DNA of 64,000 nt from an uncultured Actinomycetes bacterium (GTDB lineage Bacteria > Actinomycetota > Acidimicrobiia > Spongiisociales > DATADW01), in assembly GCA_963824995.1 (NCBI GenBank), contig CAWGRK010000006.1, forward strand, positions 380,273-444,272, given 5' to 3'. A model generated the notes under the pieces. That model was not told where the DNA came from and searched no databases. It worked only from the letters and a program-made list of their open reading frames with translations. This document shows, in pieces, positions 58,190-64,000 of the stretch. The position numbers and the translations under genes were made by a program. The first letter of the stretch is position 1; every line of letters begins with the position of its first letter.

Positions 58190-58486
58190 CTAGAGACGAA
58201 CTCCGGGCTCGAGCTGTTCGATGTTGACGTCGCGGAAGGTCATCACCCGGACGTTCTGGAGGAACCTGGCCGGTCGGTACATGTCCCAGACCCAGGCATC
58301 CTCCAACTCGATCTCGAAATAGGTGGAGCCATCGGAGTGGCGGGTGTTGATGTCCACCTTGTTTGCCAGGTAGAAGCGCCGCTCCGTCTCGATCACGAAC
58401 TTGAACATGGGGAGGACGTCGCGGTACTCCTTGTAAATCTGGAGCTCGACCTCGGTCTCGTACCTCTCCAGGTCCTCTTCGTTCAT
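58190..58486 (-). CDS. DUF2469 family protein
   Basis: EDLERYETEVELQIYKEYRDV, ETERRFYLAN, DAWVWDMYRPARF. Confidence 0.92.
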   Translation of the reverse strand: MNEEDLERYETEVELQIYKEYRDVLPMFKFVIETERRFYLANKVDINTRHSDGSTYFEIELEDAWVWDMYRPARFLQNVRVMTFRDVNIEQLEPGVRL

Positions 58487-58674
58487 CGCGCTTCTCCCGC
58501 GCCCCGTCGATCCCACCCGATGCCGGCAATGCGCTCACACCGGGATGGTGACCACGATCGTGGTCGACGGCGTTGATACTACCCGGCGGCGGCTGTTCCG
58601 CCCGTCTCGAAGGGGGTTCCACATGGGCAACCTCTACCACCGTGGTGCGACATGATCGGTACGGTGCGGCGCTC

Positions 58675-59850
58675 ATGGTCGTGACCGGCGAGACCACTGG
58701 ACGTCGCTTCGCCCTAGTGGCACTGCTCGCACTGACGATGGCGGCGGGGACCTTCATCATTCCGGCCACGGGTGTCCTCGCCTCCAACATCCGCCAGGAC
58801 CTCGGGCTCGAGTTGTGGCAGGTCGGTCTCCTGGTGACCGGATCCCCCCTGGTCGGCGCCTTTCTGGCCCCGGGTCTCGGGAGGGTCACCGACCGGGTCG
58901 GCGGCAAGTCCTCGATGGTGGCCACGTTGGGGCTGGGAGCGGTCACACTCGCCCTGTTCGCCGCCAGTCCCACATTCGTGATCCTCGTCGGCACCGCGCT
59001 CCTTACAGGCGTTAGTCAGGGATGGGCCAACCCGGCGACGAACAAGGTCATCTCCCGTCATTACCCGCCGGGCAACCGTGGAGTCGTCATCGGTGTCAAG
59101 CAGTCGGGGGTGCAGTTCGGCTCATTCCTCGCCGGACTGGTCCTGCCGACAGCGGCGCTCGCCCTGGGATGGCGCGGGGCATTGCTGGCAGCATCCGCCA
59201 TCCCGCTACTCGGAACGCTGCTGGCGGCCATCTTCGTGCCCAACGACCCCCCGGCACGACAGGCGGTTGCCCGTGGGGAGCAGCCGCCGCTGCCCAGCGA
59301 GGTCCGTTTCCTCGCCGTATACGGCTTCCTTTTGGGGCTCACCGCCAGCGCCACCATCGCCTATACGGCGCTGTTCGCCGAGGACGTGCTCGGTCTGTCA
59401 CCGGCGACCGCAGGCGCCGTCGTCGCAGTGGCTGGGCTGGTGGGCGTTCTGGGCAGGGTGGTGTGGGGAGGGGTCGCAGACATGCGCGGTCGCCACAGCG
59501 GCATCCTCGGACTGCTCGGGGTCGTCGGGGCTGCGGCCGGGATGCTCATGGTCGGCGCCGCCACGCTCGATCCGCTCCTCGTCTGGCCTGCGGCTGTAGC
59601 CACCGGCGCCGGTATCAATGCGTGGAACGCGGTGGGGATGCTGGCCGTGGTCTCGGTGGTGCCCGAGGAAGCGGCCGGACACGCCTCAGGTGTGGTCCAG
59701 TTCGGTTTCCTGATGGGCCTCGCACTCGGTGCCCCGATCTTCGGGGCTGTGGTGGACGTCACCGGCTCCTACCTGCCCGGTTGGGTGGGCGTGACCCTCA
59801 TCTGCCTGGTGGCGTCGTTGCTGACTGTTCTCCGGCGCAAGCGCAGTTGA
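58675..59850 (+). CDS. MFS transporter
   Basis: GRVTDRVG motif A, about 12 TM segments. Confidence 0.88.
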   Translation: MVVTGETTGRRFALVALLALTMAAGTFIIPATGVLASNIRQDLGLELWQVGLLVTGSPLVGAFLAPGLGRVTDRVGGKSSMVATLGLGAVTLALFAASPTFVILVGTALLTGVSQGWANPATNKVISRHYPPGNRGVVIGVKQSGVQFGSFLAGLVLPTAALALGWRGALLAASAIPLLGTLLAAIFVPNDPPARQAVARGEQPPLPSEVRFLAVYGFLLGLTASATIAYTALFAEDVLGLSPATAGAVVAVAGLVGVLGRVVWGGVADMRGRHSGILGLLGVVGAAAGMLMVGAATLDPLLVWPAAVATGAGINAWNAVGMLAVVSVVPEEAAGHASGVVQFGFLMGLALGAPIFGAVVDVTGSYLPGWVGVTLICLVASLLTVLRRKRS

Positions 59851-59885
59851 GGGTCGGGATAGAAGAGGCCGCCGAGCGGCCTGGC

Positions 59886-60488
59886 TCAGAGAGCTCCCCA
59901 CCTCGATGGTGGCCAGATGCGAACAAAGGCGCGGCCCACCACCTCTTCTACCGGGATCGGGCCGAAAACGCGGCTGTCCTGGGAGTGCTCTCTGTTGTCG
60001 CCCATGACGAACAACTCGCCGGGGCCGACCCGGACCGGCCGCTCGTTCGGCATGACGGTCCCCGATGGCAGGTATGGCTCATCGATGGGCTCCCCGTTCA
60101 CCAGCACCCGGTTTCCGGCGACCCTCACCGTGTCGCCCTCCACTGCGATCACCCGCTTGATGAAGTCGTCGGTGGCGGCGGTGCGCAGGCCGATCGCTTC
60201 AGCGATGTGCCGCAGCACTCCCTCGACCACCGACTCGTCTACCTCGGGGCCGTTGCTGTCGAAGACGACGACATCGCCGCGCTGGGGTTCGCCGAAGCGG
60301 TATGCCAGCTTGTTGACCAGGACACGGTCGTTGATCTCGAGCGTTGGGATCATCGAGCCGGAGGGTATGTAGAACGCCTGGACCAGGAAGGTCTTGATCA
60401 GGACGGCAACGGCCAGAGCCACCAGCACCAGGATGGGAAGCTCGGTGAGGAATGACTTGGCGCCGGAGCGTTGTGGCTTCTCCTCCAC
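59886..60488 (-). CDS. lepB: Signal peptidase I
   Basis: IPSGSMIPTL, FIKRVI, GDNREHSQDSR. Confidence 0.95.
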   Translation of the reverse strand: MEEKPQRSGAKSFLTELPILVLVALAVAVLIKTFLVQAFYIPSGSMIPTLEINDRVLVNKLAYRFGEPQRGDVVVFDSNGPEVDESVVEGVLRHIAEAIGLRTAATDDFIKRVIAVEGDTVRVAGNRVLVNGEPIDEPYLPSGTVMPNERPVRVGPGELFVMGDNREHSQDSRVFGPIPVEEVVGRAFVRIWPPSRWGAL

Positions 60489-60553
60489 CCGTACGTGCCG
60501 GCCCGGGTTGTCCGGTGCCCTGTTCCGGTGTCACCACCACGCCGGACGCGGGC

Positions 60554-60901
60554 TCAGGTGGTGCGTCGCTCACGGATCCGAGCCGATTTCCCAACCCGGT
60601 CGCGCAGATAGTAGAGCTTGCCGCGCCGCACCGCTCCGTGACGAGTCACCTCGATCTTCTGGATGATCGGTGCGTGGACCGGGAAGATCCGCTCGACACC
60701 GACTGAGAAGCTGATCTTGCGGACGGTGAAGGTGGCGTTGAGCCGACTTCCGTCACGGGCGATCACCACGCCCTCGAACACCTGGACCCGCTCACGGCCA
60801 CCCTCGACCACTCTCACGTGCACTTTGACGGTGTCACCCGGTCTGAAGTCGGGGACGTCGTCGCGCAACTGCGCGCTCTGCACGTGTTCGAGGTCGTTCA
60901 T
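60554..60901 (-). CDS. rplS: 50S ribosomal protein L19
   Basis: FRPGDTV, FTVRKIS..VGVER, KLYYLR. Confidence 0.97.
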   Translation of the reverse strand: MNDLEHVQSAQLRDDVPDFRPGDTVKVHVRVVEGGRERVQVFEGVVIARDGSRLNATFTVRKISFSVGVERIFPVHAPIIQKIEVTRHGAVRRGKLYYLRDRVGKSARIRERRTT

Positions 60902-61011
60902 CGGGGGAAGCTCCTTCGGGACGCGGCAGACAGGAGCGCCGCAGCGGTTTGCAATATTACCAGGTCACCGCCACCCGCCTTTCTCCGAATGGAGGGATCC
61001 GCCAGCTGCCC

Positions 61012-61682
61012 TCAGTTCATGAAGACCAGATCCGGCCGACGCTCCGCGGTGCGATCGATCCGCTGCTCTGCTCGCCACTTCTCGATTCTCCCGTGGTCGC
61101 CGCTGAGCAGCACCTCGGGGACCGCCCAACCGCGGTACTCGGCGGGCCGGGTGTACTGCGGTTCCTCCAACTGGCCGGCGCGGAACGACTCGGTCATTGT
61201 GGAGACCGGGTTCCCGACGACACCAGGGAGCAGCCTGGCGACACCCTCGATCACCGCCATCGCCGCGGCCTCGCCTCCTGCGAGGACGAAGTCGCCCAGC
61301 GATATCTCCTCGTCGACCAGGTTGTCGGCGACGCGCTGGTCGATGCCTTCGTATCGGCCGCAGACCAGAGCGACGTGGTCGAGCCCGGCCCAGCGATCGA
61401 GGGTTGCCTGATCGAGCCTCGATCCGGCCGGCGAGAAGAGCACCTTGTGGGCGTCCTCCAGACCCGCCAGGGCGTTGTCGATCGGCTCGATCATCATCAC
61501 CATCCCGGCACCACCGCCGAATGGGGCGTCGTCCACTTGACGGTGCCTGCCCAACCCGTGCTCGCGCAGATCGATCAAGTCGACTTGGAGAGCACCATGG
61601 GCGATCGCTCGGCCCACGACGCTCACCCGAGCGGCGATTCGAACCACCCGGGGAAGATGGTGACCACCGAGACCCGCACCAT
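61012..61682 (-). CDS. trmD: tRNA (guanine-N1)-methyltransferase; indel near 61628
   Basis: Manual N-terminus MVRVSVVTIFPGWF; VDDAPFGGGAGM, CGRYEGID, SLGDFVLAGGE, PQYTRP. Confidence 0.93.
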
Positions 61683-61731
61683 GCCGACGGTAGCGGCGGT
61701 AGTCTCGCCGTCCCGACCGCGGAGTAGCCAG

Positions 61732-62670
61732 TTGGAACCCGACGACCAAGACCCGACCACCCAGGCGGGCGACGAGGAAGAGTCGCCAGCCCGGCGTGAC
61801 CCCCACCGAGGTCCCCGATGCCGACACGACGTCCTCCGACGGGCGAGCGACGTGGCGGGGCCGAGCCGTCCTCTGACGATCCGACGACACCGACGCCGAG
61901 CCCACCGACCGTCCAGCGGACTCAGCGACGTCCCGGCCCCATCCGGCGAGTTCGATGACTCACCCCGGCAGACCCGGGAGACTTCACATCCACCGCTGCC
62001 GCCGAACCTCCCGAGGTCGCAGAGGGTGCCGCTGCCGTTGGCTTCCCTGACGATGTACCCGGCCGGACAACCGGAGGTGACGCAGCGGCCGAACGCGACG
62101 ACGCGCCACCCGACGATGCTCGACCACCGCCCCGGCTATCGAGCAAGCAGAACCGGACGGCCATCACCGCTCGGCCCGACGACCGACGGCCCGGCAACGA
62201 CGGGAGGACGAGGTGCCGTGCCTCGCAACCCTCGCCCATCGACCTGCCCTGGCCGAGCGCAGCGGAGACGCCCGCGGCCAGCGACCGAGGCGGCGGCTTG
62301 GAGCATGGGCGCCGACAGGTCGGGCACTTCCGGGTGGGGCGCGCTATGGCGGCAGTCTGCGCAAGGATGGGTTGAGGATCCGGCGGGCCGCGCCGTCTGG
62401 CGTCCAATCGTCACCACCTCGGCCACGCTGTCCGAGTGGGAGGTCGACACCTATCTCGGGCTGGTCACCGGTGAATTGGCGATCTCCGCGACAACCTCGA
62501 GGCGGTCTCCGTTCCGCCCGACAGGATGCGGTCGAGCGCATGGTCGACGATGCCCTGGCGCGGGGCGCCCATGCCGTTATCGGCGGTTTCCGTCGACCTG
62601 GTCGAGGTTGCGGGACGGGTGGTCGTGTCGGCCGCAGGGCACCGCGGTCACGCTCAAGACCAGCGAATGA
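61732..62670 (+). CDS. Acidic low-complexity protein with C-terminal YbjQ/UPF0145-like domain; several indels
   Basis: IVTTS...YLGLVTGE / ARQDAVERMVDDALARGAHAVIG / VDL...VSAAG / GTAV spread over frames. Confidence 0.55.
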   Translation: MEPDDQDPTTQAGDEEESPARRDPHRGPRCRHDVLRRASDVAGPSRPLTIRRHRRRAHRPSSGLSDVPAPSGEFDDSPRQTRETSHPPLPPNLPRSQRVPLPLASLTMYPAGQPEVTQRPNATTRHPTMLDHRPGYRASRTGRPSPLGPTTDGPATTGGRGAVPRNPRPSTCPGRAQRRRPRPATEAAAWSMGADRSGTSGWGALWRQSAQGWVEDPAGRAVWRPIVTTSATLSEWEVDTYLGLVTGELAISATTSRRSPFRPTGCGRAHGRRCPGAGRPCRYRRFPSTWSRLRDGWSCRPQGTAVTLKTSE

Positions 62671-62673
62671 GCA

Positions 62674-63883
62674 TCATCCAGACGCGAAGGGGAGGTCCCT
62701 GTCGGGACACGGTTCACCTGGCAGGCCCAGCACCCGCTCGGCGATGATGTTCATCTGCACCTCGTCGGTGCCGCCGCCGATACGCAGACCCGGTGCCCCG
62801 AGGAATGCGGACATCCACTCGGCGGCCTCCCCGCTGACCCGCGAGAGCGTCAGGGCCGAGAAGGTCGAGTCCCAACCGGTATGCGTCATCGAGGAACCGC
62901 GTGGCGAAAAGCTTGACCACCGAGCCCTCGGGCCCAGGGCGTCGGCCATGGGCGAGCGAGGTGAGCAGCCGCAACTTGTGGAACTGGATGATGCGGGACC
63001 CTATGGCGACTCGGGCGAATCGCTCCCGGACCTGCGCGGCGGTCGCCGGCGCCGGTCTGGCTGATCAGTTCCTTGAGCGCCTCCACCAGCCCCTCGGTGT
63101 CGAAGATGACCCCCATCCTCTCGAACATGAAGGTGGTGATGACCACTGCCCAACCCTGGCCGACTCCACCGACCACGCGGTCATCGGGCACCACGACCTC
63201 GTCGAGGAACACCTCGTTGAAGTTGGAGGATCCGGTCATCTGGACCAGCGGGCGGCATCGCACCCCGGGGTGGCGCATGTCGACCACGAAGGCGGTGAGC
63301 CCGCGATGCTTGGGGACCCCGGGATCGGTTCTGGCGATGCAGAGCCCCCAATGGGAACGGTGGGCGAACGTGGTCCAGACCTTCTGGCCGGAGAGCACCC
63401 ACTCATCGCCGTCCCGAACCGCACGGGTCCTCAGCCCGGCCAGATCGGATCCGGCGTCGGGCTCCGAGAAGAGCTGACACCAGACCTCATCTCCGCGCAG
63501 CAATGGTGGGAGCAAGCGGTCCCGCTGCTCATCGCTCCCGTGGACGAGGACGGCCGGGCCGCACCATCCCAGCCCGACCGCAAGCGCATCGCGGGGCAGG
63601 TCGAACCGCATCTCCTCCTCGTCGAAGATCACCGACTCCACGAGCCCGGCACCGCGACCCCCGTACTTCGTCGGCCATGAGATCCCGGCCCACCCGTCGT
63701 TGGCCTTGAGACGCTGCCAGTCGACCGCTGCCTGGAACCGGGCCTCCTCTTCATCGGGTGACCACTCGGAGACGATCGCCGAAGGTGCTATCGCCGGCCC
63801 GGATCGCAGCGGGCGTGATCCTCGAGCCAGCTTCGCGCTTCGGCGCGGAAGGCGGCCTCCTGCTCGGAATCCCTGGGATCCAC
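62674..63883 (-). CDS. Acyl-CoA dehydrogenase; several indels
   Basis: Manual N-terminus MDPRDSEQEAAFRAEARSWL; WCQLFSEPDAGSDLA, GQKVWT, FNEVFLD, IGGGTDEV. Confidence 0.85.
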
Positions 63884-63893
63884 CCAAGGGAGG

Positions 63894-64000
63894 CTAGAGC
63901 CGGTTCCGTCGGTGGCAGCTCAGACGGCGACGTACCCTGAGGTCGCCGGACACCGATTTGAAGTTGAGCCGGGCGGAGCGCTCCACCAGCTGCTCGGCCG
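63894..64000 (-). CDS. 3' end of an upstream gene, possibly DUF4097 beta-repeat protein
   Basis: Manual translation ...ARLNFKSVSGDLRV...; only a fragment is visible. Confidence 0.35.
   Translation of the reverse strand, partial: AEQLVERSARLNFKSVSGDLRVRRRLSCHRRNRL

Overview
High-GC actinobacterial DNA, most consistent with Acidimicrobiia (inferred from the Cys-containing S-layer repeats, short EF-Ts and gene order). Both ends carry the conserved minus-strand housekeeping run: trmD-rplS-lepB-DUF2469-yraN, then yifB/comM-dprA-xerC-whiG/fliA-rpsB-tsf-pyrH-frr-cdsA-dxr-rseP-ispG-proS, then rimP-nusA-infB-DUF503-rbfA-DHH. About 31 kb of accessory DNA separates yraN from yifB. Its core (about 29.0-55.4 kb) is an unusual cell-surface modification cluster with five parts: (1) DAHP synthase, fatty acyl-AMP ligase, chorismate pyruvate-lyase and a PaaK-like ligase; (2) two divergent ACP modules, each with an apparent active/inactive enzyme pair, plus a lipoyl-like domain lacking its lysine; (3) a CDP-glucose/C-methyl-sugar pathway, two sulfotransferases, two glycosyltransferases and an ABC-2 exporter; (4) two S-layer-repeat proteins, a Tat-exported G8/beta-helix protein, exported SGNH-like proteins and a Thr-rich LPFTG protein; (5) an AlkZ-like gene. 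Three to four operons in this cluster have sigma28/WhiG-type promoter motifs, and a WhiG/FliA sigma is encoded in the window. Also seen: many leaderless TANNNT-N6-start promoters, heptamer repeats in promoter regions, a GH43 remnant and an unannotated 37-aa membrane protein. Many genes, including essential ones, have single-base indels mostly at homopolymers, which are most likely long-read assembly errors. All calls come from motif recognition only; no database searches were run.
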